Assembly: GCF_000143415.4 (NCBI RefSeq)
Contig: NW_003314407.1
Location: 124,001-188,000, forward strand
Origin: Selaginella moellendorffii
Lineage: Eukaryota > Plantae > Lycopodiophyta
Direction: 5' to 3'
Length of the DNA stretch: 64,000 nucleotides
The position numbers were made by a program, and so were the translations under genes. Below the pieces are notes generated by a model. It was not told the DNA's origin. It made no database searches and saw nothing but the letters and a program-made list of their open reading frames with translations. Numbering within the stretch: the stretch's first letter is position 1; every line of letters starts with the position of its first letter. Positions 34,652-46,015 of this stretch are shown in pieces.

Positions 34652-36067
34652 TTAACTAGGATGGCGCGAGTGGAGGACTTTGTGGACGAAGCCTTTGATC
34701 TTCCGAGGCGATTCTTTGAAAGCAGCGCGAGCGGTCTCTTTCACCTGGGCAGCCTTGCTCCTCACAAGCTCGCCCTCGTCAATCACAGCGCGAAAAGCTC
34801 GCTCGAAAGCAATCCTCGGGATTAAACCATCTTCACCATCTTTCGCTAGTCCCACTCCAATCCCCAAGTGCTCCACAATGATCCGTGCGTTCCCTCGCTG
34901 CTCTCCGTAAAACGGCATCGTGATAATCGGAACGCCCCGGCTTAAGCTCTCCATCGTCGAGTTCCATCCGCAGTGGGTCATAAAACCACCCACAGCCCTG
35001 TGCGACAGAACCAAGAGCTGTGGTGCCCATTTCTTCACCACCATTCCTGTCTTGTTCGTCGTCGCCCGTTCCAAAAATCCCTCCGGGAGAAACTCCTCGG
35101 CACCATTGTGCAGAACCCACAGAAATCTCTTCTCGCTTGCTTCCAATCCAAACGCAAGCTCTTCGATCTGTTCCCGGTTAGCGCGAGCGAAGCTTCCAAA
35201 CGAGATGTACACGACGGACGCGGTGGGCTGCTCGTCCAGCCATGCCAAGCACTCGACTTTGTCACAGTGTTCACAAGCATCGTCGTCCGCGAAGTAGGGG
35301 TCTGGAAGCAAAGGCCCGATATCCACGAAAGGAACCTTGTTGGGATTTATCATCGCATTCTCGCTCAGAGCGATGCATGCCTCCTCCTCGATCGCAGCAA
35401 ACGTGTTGCACATCACTCCAGCTGCCTCGTGAGCTCGAAGAGCATTTGTCACGTAGAAATACCGCATCACATCGGGGATTGTCTCTATGACTGGGCTGCT
35501 AACTTGGTCGCTCGAAAGTGGCGAGAGTCCAGCCGAATCTATCCCGGGTATTCGCACCAGCTCTTGAGCTCGCACAGGAAGCTTGTTTTCGTGTAGCATG
35601 CTCTTGAGATAGAAATGAAAGGCCAGTGCCATTCCCGGCGATGGGTAGAAGATAATCCTGGGAATGTTGAGCTCGTCCGCTACGTCTTGGGCCCAGGAAG
35701 CGAGCAAGTTGTCCGTAATGATGCAGCTTATCGGAGGATTGGCAGCACTGATGAGCTCCTTCAGTTCTACTCCATCTTCGGGATGGAATCTAAAGGACCA
35801 GAGAATGACCTGCATCGAGTCGTGCCCCGAGCTCGATTCCTGCTGCTCTTTGGGTGGGAAGTTTTTTTTGAGCGTCTGGAACTTGATGTGTGGGTTGCAC
35901 GCTCGTGCTTTGGCCTCTCTCTTCACTTGCTCAAGCCTGAACTCGTGACAAACGTAGCTTACCTCGAAATCAAGGCCGGCTAGCCTGCTCGCGAGCACTA
36001 AAGCCGGGATCATATGCCCTTGAGCCGAGTAAGGAACGACCATCAAGTGAGGCACCTCCTCCCCCAT
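34652..36067 (-). CDS. Family-1 UDP-glycosyltransferase (copy 2, close paralog of 16006-17436)
   Basis: QGHMIP and a PSPG box ending FYGEQ; 471 aa. Confidence 0.95.
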   Translation of the reverse strand: MGEEVPHLMVVPYSAQGHMIPALVLASRLAGLDFEVSYVCHEFRLEQVKREAKARACNPHIKFQTLKKNFPPKEQQESSSGHDSMQVILWSFRFHPEDGVELKELISAANPPISCIITDNLLASWAQDVADELNIPRIIFYPSPGMALAFHFYLKSMLHENKLPVRAQELVRIPGIDSAGLSPLSSDQVSSPVIETIPDVMRYFYVTNALRAHEAAGVMCNTFAAIEEEACIALSENAMINPNKVPFVDIGPLLPDPYFADDDACEHCDKVECLAWLDEQPTASVVYISFGSFARANREQIEELAFGLEASEKRFLWVLHNGAEEFLPEGFLERATTNKTGMVVKKWAPQLLVLSHRAVGGFMTHCGWNSTMESLSRGVPIITMPFYGEQRGNARIIVEHLGIGVGLAKDGEDGLIPRIAFERAFRAVIDEGELVRSKAAQVKETARAAFKESPRKIKGFVHKVLHSRHPS

Positions 36068-36388
36068 TATTGATCGCTCTCCTTACCCCGGACTTCCTTC
36101 GCAACGATCATAAAGGCTTTGAAACAAATGGTGCCAAAGTGATCACTGTTGTTCCGGCAGAAACGAAGCAGCACCGCTCGCTCCAAATGTGGACACGAAG
36201 CACGCAGCATCGACAAACACGCTAAAACCAACCTGGCAGAAGACAAAGGAACGAGGCATAACAAACAAAACAAACTTACATACCATCGATAGATGGAACT
36301 CGAGAGGAACAGCTTGCGACCGCTGCTGTTAACTTGTGCCACCACCGCGGCACACTTGTGCAAGTTGTCCAGGCTCTGTGTCAACTAG

Positions 36389-36730
36389 TCAGCTGGATCC
36401 TCTCCCATCCACCTTGAGTCCTGCCTCATCTTCTAGATCTTCCAGCAGAGCCTTTTCGAGTTTGTCAGTGAGTATCTCGTCCGAGATAGCTCCACTTTCC
36501 AGTATACTCACAATCATCTCCACAACTTCCTCCTCCGACTCGTTGTCCGCTTTCTGGAGCCTGATCACCAAAGGAGATCGTGTCACGATTCCCTCTCCAT
36601 CCGGCAAACTTAAGCCGGCAAGGGACTCGACTTCCCACTGGATATCACCAACAATAACGATGGTTGGCAGCTCGCTGCCTTCTTCCATGACGTCCATGGA
36701 CCTCAGCTTGTCCACCGCGTCAAGCAAAGT
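36389..36730 (-). pseudogene. Internally deleted DRP4/Mx-like dynamin remnant (N-terminus fused to C-terminus; P-loop GKS lost)
   Basis: LLDAVDKLRSMDVMEEGSELPTIVIVGDIQ..VESLAGLSLPDGEGIVTRSPLVIRLQ followed directly by VVEMIVSILESGAI..LEKALLEDLEDE. Confidence 0.75.
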
Positions 36731-37002
36731 GTTGAATGAAGCATGGATAGGACGCCGAAGCCATTCGAAAAGAACCTGTGGACCGCAAAGATTTGAAGAT
36801 CATATATACAGAGTGAGTTGTCCATTGATCTTCAATCTTCGATCGCCAAAAGACCAAAAGCCAACAGTCACCAAAGGAGTGCGCGAATGCTCGCCACCTT
36901 CATTTTAAATCGAGCAGTAAAAATGAAAGAAAGAAGTAAGCACAATTTAGAAAGCAAAGTAAAACAACGAACCTTGGGTAGAGGTCAATCGACTCTTGCC
37001 GC

Positions 37003-38682
37003 TTAATCCACTTCTTCCCATGCACTCACAGCCTCGAAAAGCACACTCTTCACATGTTTCGCAGCTAGGCCACATCCAAAACACATGTTCGAAAAACCAA
37101 CATAGTGAGCAGCACTATCGGAGTCCCACTCGAGAACGAGCCTTGCAACTTGCAGGCCCGTGTCGGCATCCCCATGAACTTGGCATGCTGCAAGTAGGAT
37201 GCTGCTGGCAATCACACGAGACTCCCAAGACAGCAGCTCCTTGCTCAGTGCTTCGGCTTGCTCCAGCCATCCAAGCTTGGCGAATATGTCCACCATGCAC
37301 ACGACATGCTTTTCGGTGGGTTGTATCCCATAGTCGTGTTCCATCGAGCTGTAGAAGAGCAACGCTTCGTGTAGAAAACCAGATTGACTGCACGCCGAGA
37401 AAACACTGATAGACGTGATCGCGTTGGGCTTGAATCCTTGCTGCAGCATTCTTCTCAGGAGGTTTAAAGCTCGGATGCTGTCACTGCCTTGAGCATAAAC
37501 TCCTACCATGGCGGACAAGGAAACTACGTCTAGACATTTCATGCGGCCAAAGATGATCTCGGCCTCGTCCACACAGCCAAGCTGTCCATACATTTTCACA
37601 AGAGCTGTAAACACCCTGTTGTTGGACGAGCTTTCGTCGAGGGCTGATGTGAGTCTGGCATGGATTTCTCGCCCCCAAACAAGTGCTCCTACGCTTCCAC
37701 AAGCCTCCAGCACCGCAACATAAGTTACCTGGTCTGGCTCGAGCTCCATTTGCTGGAAGACATCCAGAGCCAGCATTGGCTCACCGTTTTGGACGTAAAT
37801 AACGATCATCGTGGTCCAGGTAACCACGTCCCTGGAGGGCATTCGATCGAAAACCTCTCTTGCTTCGTTCAGACAGCCGCATTTGCCATACATGTTGATA
37901 AGTGCGTTGGCAACTGCAACGAGCTCCTCAAACTTGGATAGAGCAGCTAGCTCGTGAATCTCTTTCCCTTGGTCGATGTCTTCGGCCACTGCACAAGCAT
38001 CAATGATCACAACAAACGCGCGGCTGTCGAGGAAAGCCCGCCCTAGCAGCATTTTCTGGACGACATCAACAGCCTTCCTGTAATGCCCGTTTTGGGCATA
38101 TGCTGCAACCATAGCTGTCCATGACGCAGGATCTCTGTGCTGCATTTCCAAGAACACTCTTTCGGCGCTTCCAACATCGCCACCTTTTCCATAAAGAACG
38201 ACAAGCGCATTTCCTACGTACTCGAAGAGTACGTGGCTAGGATCCATTGCGGCGTGAATTAATCTTCCGTCAGCAATGCTGCCAGCGCTGGAGCACGCGT
38301 GTAGAACGATGCTGAGGGTAAACTCGTTTGGGCGCACTCCATCGTGGTGCATTCTCCGGAAGAGCTGGATCGACTGGTGGTAATGCCCATTGCGGGCATA
38401 TGCTGCGATCAAGATCGACCACGAGTAGACGTTCCTGCAGTGGATCCGCTGGAACACTTGTAGAGCGGAGTCGATGCAGCCACACTTCCCATACATGTCC
38501 ACCAGGAGATTCCCAAGCACCGTCTCGCGATCCATGCCTGCAGCGGCGATCTGCTTATGGAGACGCTTGCCCTCCGCCAGGGATTGCGAGGCGGTGCAGC
38601 GCCGCACAAGCCGCGACCACGCAAATGCCTCCTCCGCTGGATGGGGTGGTGGAGACCGAGCCCCATGGTGCTTGTGTAGCAT
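37003..38682 (-). CDS. PLS-class PPR protein with E domain, no DYW
   Basis: 559-aa ORF with P-L-S triplets (NLLVDMYGKCG..., PNEFTLSIVLHACS) and terminal HVVCMVDIFAKLG...LLAACQVHGD. Confidence 0.9.
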   Translation of the reverse strand: MLHKHHGARSPPPHPAEEAFAWSRLVRRCTASQSLAEGKRLHKQIAAAGMDRETVLGNLLVDMYGKCGCIDSALQVFQRIHCRNVYSWSILIAAYARNGHYHQSIQLFRRMHHDGVRPNEFTLSIVLHACSSAGSIADGRLIHAAMDPSHVLFEYVGNALVVLYGKGGDVGSAERVFLEMQHRDPASWTAMVAAYAQNGHYRKAVDVVQKMLLGRAFLDSRAFVVIIDACAVAEDIDQGKEIHELAALSKFEELVAVANALINMYGKCGCLNEAREVFDRMPSRDVVTWTTMIVIYVQNGEPMLALDVFQQMELEPDQVTYVAVLEACGSVGALVWGREIHARLTSALDESSSNNRVFTALVKMYGQLGCVDEAEIIFGRMKCLDVVSLSAMVGVYAQGSDSIRALNLLRRMLQQGFKPNAITSISVFSACSQSGFLHEALLFYSSMEHDYGIQPTEKHVVCMVDIFAKLGWLEQAEALSKELLSWESRVIASSILLAACQVHGDADTGLQVARLVLEWDSDSAAHYVGFSNMCFGCGLAAKHVKSVLFEAVSAWEEVD

Positions 38683-39715
38683 TCAGGGTATCTTGCGATG
38701 GATAGATCGAGGGGATTTGCATTGGGCGATCCAACAAATGTGGGCTTGATGATCTTCACTCCGGGCCACTCTTGCTTGCTAAACCGGTGTGATCATGCCA
38801 CCGCCAAGGCGGCCAACCAGCTTAACACGCAGCTTCCCGGCCTCGTCAACTTGGCTGACAAGCTTGGACGAGTCCATGTCGCGGATGGGAACCCCACGCT
38901 TGTGGATGCACTCCATTGCCTTGAGAGTCTCGCCCTCCTCACTTACGATGAGCTTCGAAGGTTGCTCGACCTCGCTGACTACGTTCTCGTGTAGCAGTCC
39001 ACCTCCGTGACAAGCTTGGCGAGAGCGTGACTGATAACTTGCCGCCCAGTCTAGCGTCGCTCGAACGGCGAACACCGCCTGGTAGCGTCTCCACCTTGCT
39101 CTCTCGCGTCCTCGAGATCCGGGAGCTCTGAGCAACACAAGGCAGTCACGGGCGATGGGATTCAAGTTCGAAGATCTCAGTCCAAGAGCCCTAAAAATGC
39201 AGGAACCTGCAAATGGAATACGCATCGAATGAGGGAGGCGCTCACGTCGCTCATCCAATGAGACGAGTCATGGGCGATTACCTTGAGGTGCGTGGAGTGG
39301 AGTTCTTGGATCAAAAACACATTTTGCTCTTTCTTGCAGAGCAAGAAATGGGAGCGAGGTCTTGTTTTACATTCTTCCACCCAGGAGCAGCATTGGAGGG
39401 GCATTGGTTTGGAGCACAAGATCTTGAGGACTCCATCCCCAAGCAGCTGGAGATTTGGCAGAGGCAAGGAAGGGGGCCTTGCCTTGAATGCTCTCTGTGG
39501 TGTTGTGGGGCCTTGCTTGGAAGAGCGAGTCTTGTCGACACTGGCGCGTTGCTGCCGCTGCCAACCAATTCCTCCACGATGGATGACATGAATGAATGAG
39601 GAGGGAGGACGGCAAAAGAATGGATTTTCACCGACGGTTGCAATGCAAAGAGCTGGATGGCCCACGAACGACACCACCATGCTACCTATCTATCTATCTT
39701 CTCTCTCCAACAAAG

Positions 39716-39737
39716 CGAGAGAGAGAGAGAGAGAGAG
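39716..39737. repeat. (GA)n microsatellite
   Basis: Read directly. Confidence 0.85.
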
Positions 39738-40449
39738 CAAGAGAGAGCGGAAGAAGAGATGGATCAAAGCTTTCCGACACTGACGCTCCAACAACGTGGG
39801 GCCGGCTGGGCTGGCGGGCCTCGGAACGGGATCGCGAAATGGTACCCAGGAAGGACAAGCTCCAACGTAGAAAATGGGGGTGAGCCATTGTTTTTGTGGA
39901 GGGACAGCGATGTTGCTACTAACTTTTCTCCCTTTCCTAATGTTGGACAGCTCAGTCGCGGTGTGACCCGAATGATCGACGCAAAGTTTCCAGCCTCCTC
40001 TTCGCCTTTCTTCCTTGTGGGGGCTGCCAGCTTCAGAGCAAAGCGCTGCACCAACAAAAGCACATCTCAGTGCGTGCTGATGCCAGGCACCTAACTCGCT
40101 GTTGCTCTTCTCGTCGCTCGAGGAGGAAGGAGCACGCACGCACGCACGGCGATGGATGCGCTGCGGCCCTAGGCGCAGCCATTTGGTGAGCCATTGCAGT
40201 CTGCCTGCTACTCATTCTCACTCTCTTCAAATGATTCTTTCGCAGCGCTTGCAACGTGATGCCAGGCCAACTGATCGTCCACAATTGTGGGATGGCAAGG
40301 AACGAGCACTCGCGTGGCTCAGCTCCAGTTGAGTGAGAATTGGTCTTGCAAGGCTTTTGTTCATCCCTGGCTCTTGCGTGGTGTGTAAACAGGGATAGTC
40401 GCACTCGGGCTGCTCGACTTGCTTGCTTGCTTGCTACTGATCGAGGAAG

Positions 40450-43395
40450 ATGGCATGGACGTGGAAGAAACGGTACTCGGATAGAAATGGAGACGCGGTG
40501 ATCAGCAGCACCTCGCACCTCCCACCGAGTCCAAATAATGTGAGTCATCACGAGCGAGCAAAAGGACACTCTTTTTTTCTCAATTCTCTTGCGCACTCTC
40601 TTGCACAGGGTGATCATGCGAGGATCTCCGAGGCATGGACGCAAGCACCATCGGAGTTGGCTCTCAAGGTGAAGGAGGCCGAAGTGAAGCAGCATGCTAA
40701 AGTCGCCGAAGAAGCTGTCGCAGGTAGCGTCTTCTTTATGTCCATCTTTGGCGAATTCTTTCTGAAAATTCCATCTTTATTTCGATTTCAATGCAGGATG
40801 GGAGAAGGCGGAGGCCGAGACGGAGTCCATGAGAAGGCAGCTGGAGCTCGTCCAGAAAGAAAAAGCCGCACAGCAGGAGCGTCTCTCGCACTTAGATGCA
40901 GCGCTCAAGGACTGCACGCGCCAAGTGCGACTTGTCAGAGAAGATCAAGAGCAAAAACGACAAGAGCTGCTGCACAAGAAAAACAAGGAGGTGGACAAAA
41001 TCCGAGCCGAGTATGAGGCCAAGTTGGCAGACGTTGGGCGACAGCTGCTAGAGGCGGGGGCAGAGAACAAGGTGATGGCGATGACGCTCCAGGAGCATGC
41101 TAGAACAATCGGGGAGGTGACAGATGCCAAGTCCCGAGCCGAGGCGGAGATCAAACTGCTGCAGCACCGCATGGAGTCGGTTGAGAAGGAGAAGGGAGCG
41201 CTCAAGTACGAGGTGCATGTCCTCAACAAGCAGATACAGATACGAAACGAGGAGCGAGACTACAGCAAGCGAGACATCGAAGCTCTCAACAGGCAGCACG
41301 CGGAGGACACAAAGGTGATGAACAAACTGGAGGCCGAGTGCCAGAAGTTGCGGATTCTGGTCAGGAGGAAGCTCCCTGGTCCCAATGCTCTAGCGCAGAT
41401 GAAGATGGAGGTGGAGAGCCTAGACGGGGGTGGCGAAAGCAAGAGAAGGGGTACTAGGAGCTCCACAGAAACTAAGCTGCATCAGAATGGTAGCCGGGAG
41501 ATCGAGCTGCTTCTTGAGAGGTTGCTGTCCATGGAGGAGGAGACGAAGATGCTCAAGGAGGCACTGGCTCAGCGGAATGGCGAGCTTCACTCCTCTCGGC
41601 TTATATGCGCCAAGACGGCAACCAAACTGTCAGCCATGGAAGCGTACTTCGACAGCGTTTCACGAACGCATGGACTGTCCAAGCCGAAAGTCAATGGCAT
41701 CGACGCGGACTGCTCGCCTAGTGTGGTAACGGTCTCGGAGAACGGCACTGCGGACGATGAAGTTAGTCGTGCGGATGCTTGGGCTTCTGCACTGATTGCG
41801 GAATTGTCACAGTTCAGGAAGGACAAACCATCACCAAACAGCATGACGAGCGAAGCCATCAGCTCTCCATCAACCTTTGGCGGCATCATGGATGACTTCA
41901 CGGACATGGAGAAACTGGCATCCGAGTTAACGAGCGAGAAAGCTTCTCTTGCCATCGGGGATGATGAAGTAACAATCAGGGAAGTCCCCGCGGCAAGGAA
42001 GCTGGAACAGGATTTCGAGAAGGCAGAAGGAGCGCTCAAGCCACAGGTTATTCAAGACGGTGGAGTGACGGAGCTCCAACTCTCGATAAGCAAGGTGGTG
42101 GAATCTCTTGCGGGGTCCCTCGGTCTTCTATCGCCTGGGGATAATGCGGAAATGATCATAGATGGTGGACTGGAAGCCAGGCTCCAGAAAATGAGTCCAC
42201 AGCCGAGTGTGGAACCGGCACCATCGTTGCAAGAGTTTGTCAGCGAGCTCCTTGGAGCGTTGGAGATTATATCGTCCGCAGTTAGCAGCAAGAAGCACAG
42301 GTCCAGTGCGGTTGAAGTCCTCGACTGCGAGACCCAGACGTGCAATGGCGATGACAAGCTGGAGCTTGAACTGGTCCGCATTGAGAAGAATGCTCTCGAG
42401 AGCCACATGAAGTCCGAGCTTAGTCGCCTGACAGCTATGGAAGGCGAGGTGCTCCAGCTGAGAAGCGACAAGGTCCAGCTGCAGCAGGGCCTAGATGCGG
42501 GGAATCAAGAGCTTGAAGCATCCAAAGCTCAGCTCCAGGAGGCACAGCATCTCATTCAGGAGCTACAAACAAAGCTCTCTCTTTCAGTACCGGACGGGAC
42601 CAAGGAGGAGGCCATGGTTGTCACTGAAGTGGAATCTCAGGTTCGATCCAGCGGTTCATTAATGCAAGATGCGGTGTCACGGCTAGAGAAGGAGCTCGAA
42701 GAAGAATACAAGCACCATGAAGAAGACAAAGCAAGGAGGTGAGTTTCTTTCTCTCTCTCTTTTTTTTCTATCTTTCTCTTTTGATACGACAAAGGTGTGT
42801 CAGTACGATTCGGGAAACTGATGGTTTGCAGTTGCAGGAAAGAGCAGCAGGAGAGTGCGGTGCAAGCGGAGGAAGCCGAGGACGACAGGCGGACACGAAA
42901 GGTTCGTTCCTATGAATATTTTAACAGGATTGTCAAATCGAGAAACGCCCGTGCCTGGCTTTCGTGCTGCAGGGGGAAGAGATCGCCGAGGCCGAAGCGA
43001 AGCTAGCCGAGTGCCAGAAAACCATCCTCGCTCTTGGCAAGCAACTCAAAGTCCTGTCGTCGTCACCCCGCCGGGAGGCGAACACGAACACGAGCACGAA
43101 CGCTGACTCCATAGTTGGGTCGTCGAGGGCCAACTCGATGCTCTCAGTCTTGCGAAACTTCTCGGAGAGCGACCCCGAGGAGGAAATGGTCTCTCGCGAC
43201 GTGACCATTGCAACACCAGTGAACGAGTCCTACATTCCGACGCTACGCCAGGATCATGACGAGGAACAGGACGCTGGCTTCCCACCTTCGAGCCCGCTGA
43301 TGATGCAGCGAGGGGGTGCCGGCTCGAGCTCCCCGGCCACGAAAGCCAGACGATCGAGCTTCTCGCGGTTTTTCAGAGCCAAGAACAGTGCGTGA
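40450..43395 (+). CDS. Filament-like plant protein (FPP/DUF869 coiled-coil); exons ~40450-40539, 40609-40723, 40797-42738, ~42835-42901, ~42973-43395
   Basis: MAWTWKKRYSDR start, KQHAKVAEEAVAG|WEKAEAE, LEAECQKLRILVRRKLPGPNALAQMKMEVE, WASALIAELSQF, MDDFTDMEKLA, AKLAECQKTILALGKQLK. Confidence 0.9.
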
Positions 43396-43397
43396 CT

Positions 43398-43425
43398 TGG
43401 AGTGGAGTGGAGTGGAGTGGAGTGG
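43398..43425. repeat. (TGGAG)n pentanucleotide repeat just after the FPP stop
   Basis: Read directly. Confidence 0.8.
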
Positions 43426-43931
43426 ATGGACGAAGAACAGAAACAAAGTTGGCCGGGGCAGTCTAGAACGGGGTGTACAGTGTGGATGGCGATGGAGTTT
43501 TGGAGATTTTTGGCATGGCTTGGCTTGCACTGCTCGTCCAGGTAGCAAGCAACGAGAAAAAAGCGAATCATCAAGCGCACTCTCGCTGGCGGGGGGGTGA
43601 GAGGAGCAACTTTGCTTGAGCTTTGGGACAAGTGAAGCTTACTACTTCTTCGCTCCTTGCTCTTTGTTATACGCAACTCACTCTTTTCTCCCTCCCTTCC
43701 TTGTGGGCTGCCAAGTGTGGCGCGTTTAAGGCAATGCCGGTGAGGGGGACGGGCGAGGGCTGTAGATGGTTGACCGGGCGGCCGGCGACCGTTGACCAGC
43801 CCAACGCGCATTCCACTACTTGTGGGCGCAACGCAAGCACACCGGGTCTCGCGGCTATGGATACCTGGATGGGATCGATTTGACTGGGTAAAGGAGGAAT
43901 CCAACAGTGGAGGGAGAGGTATAGCTATGCA

Positions 43932-46015
43932 ATGAGGAAGAAAAAGGAGGAGGTGGAAGTGGTGGTGGTCTTGCTGCTGGTGGCGGCGGTGGTGGCGAGC
44001 CTAGGAGATTTATCCCAGGACAGAGATGCGCTGCTAGATTTTTACAATGCAGTTGGGAGCGCGAGCAGCAACCGGCGGCTGGGCTGGAACAGGAGCGCTG
44101 GCGCGGGTCCCTGCGATTGGCGCGGGATCGAGTGCTCCTCCACTGGAATCACCAGGATTCGACTGCCCGGGGTGGGTCTCGCTGGAAGCGTCCCTCCCGG
44201 GAGCCTCTCCTCGCTGACGAGCTTGCGGGTTCTCAGCCTCCGCTCCAACCGGCTGGGCGGTCCCTTCCCGGATCTCCGCAACTGTTCCCAGCTCCGCGCG
44301 CTCTATCTCCAGGACAATCGCTTCTCCGGCCGGCTCCCCCCGGATTTCAGCCTGTGGCCGCAGCTCCTCCACATCAATCTCGCCTACAACGCGCTCAATG
44401 GCAGCATTCCCACCTCCATCGACAACCTCACTCGCCTCACCACGCTCAACCTCGAGAACAACACGCTGTCCGGGGGCCTGGCGCCGGAGCTCTCCCTCCC
44501 CAGGCTGGTGAGATTCAGCGTCGCCAACAACAATCTCTCCGGCCCAGTGCCACGGAGCCTCCAGGGATTCTCCTCGGCCGCCTTCGATGGCAACGTTCTC
44601 ATCTGCGGCCCTCCACTCACCAACAATCCCTGCCCCATCACCGCTGCCCCTCCGGCCATCGCCCCGGCCATCCCGCCCCCGGGAAGAAGAAGACGCTCCA
44701 GAGGCCTCAGCTCGGGCGCCATCGCTGGAATTGTGCTGGGAAGCATCGCTGCGGCCGTGGTCGCCGCCCTCCTCTGCTGCTTGCTCGTCGCGAGATCCCG
44801 TCGGCAAAGACGAGCCACTGGAGGAGGAAACAGGCATGTGACAGTGAGAGCTCGAGCTCAACCCAGCTTCAAGCCCAGCGCCGGGACGGTGGCGGCTGGC
44901 GGATCAGGACGAGATCACGCGGGCGATTCCACGTCCAAGGAGGAGGATCTGTCCAGCTCCCTCCAGGGCGATCAGCTGGTGGGCAGCAAGCTCGTGTTCT
45001 TGGACCCGGCCAGGAGGGGCTCGTTTGATCTCGAGGACTTGCTGCGAGCGTCGGCCGAGGTTCTTGGCAAGGGCAGCATTGGAACCACGTACAAGGCAGT
45101 GCTCGAGGATGGCAGCATTGTGGCGGTGAAGAGGCTCAAGGACGTGACCGCGCCTCCCTCGCAGTTCGAGCACAACATGCAACTCATTGGAGGTCTCCGC
45201 CACCGGAATGTGGTGCCGCTCCGAGCTTACTACCACTCCAAGGACGAGAAGCTGCTCGTCTCGGACTACATGCCGCGAGGGAGCTGCTCGGCTCTCCTCC
45301 ACGGTAAGTTCTCTTAAGTTCTTCCAAAGTTCTTCCAAGAGAAAAGGTGGTGAGCAAGCTACAAAATGGGATCTTTGCAGGGAACAGAGGAGCTGGGAGG
45401 AGTCCCCTGGATTGGCCATCGCGTCTCCGGATCGCCGACGGCGCTGCGAAGGGTCTGGCATACATCCACGAGCAAAACGGCGGCACGTTCGTTCATGGCA
45501 GCATCAAATCGTCCAATGTGCTGCTGGCCAAGGACTTCGAGGCGTGTGTGTCGGACGCCGGGCTCGCGCATCTCCTCACCACCAACGCCGCCGCCACCTC
45601 GTCGCGGATGCTCGGCTACCGGGCGCCCGAGGTGCTGGAGACGCGCAAGGTGACGCAAAAGTCGGACGTTTACAGCTATGGAGTGCTGCTGCTGGAGCTG
45701 CTGACTGGGCGAGCCCCGACGCAGGCGTCGCTTACCGACGAGGGGATTGATCTGCCGCGATGGGTCCAGTCGGTGGTGCGCGAGGAGTGGACGGCCGAGG
45801 TGTTTGATCTGGAGCTCATGCGCTACCACAACATCGAGGAGGACCTGGTGCAAATGCTGCAGCTAGCTTTGAGTTGTACGTCGGTGGCGCCGGAGCAGCG
45901 GCCCAGCATGAGGCAAGTGATGGAGACGATCGAGCAGCTGAGGCGTGCCAGCAGTAGCGATGGTGGTGGTGGTGGCGGTGGTAGTGGTAGTGGCACTGGC
46001 GAGGACACATCCTGA
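43932..46015 (+). CDS. LRR receptor-like kinase, LRR-III (RKL1/RLK902-like, probably catalytically inactive); intron 45304-45380
   Basis: Signal peptide, ~5 LRRs, [51 protein letters not shown] (no HRD Asp), SDAG in place of [19 protein letters not shown]. Confidence 0.93.

Noticed and set aside
39177-39680. Overlapping 100-170-aa ORFs on both strands with a possible minus-strand intron
   Set aside because: No frame gives a recognisable protein; could be UTR or promoter sequence.
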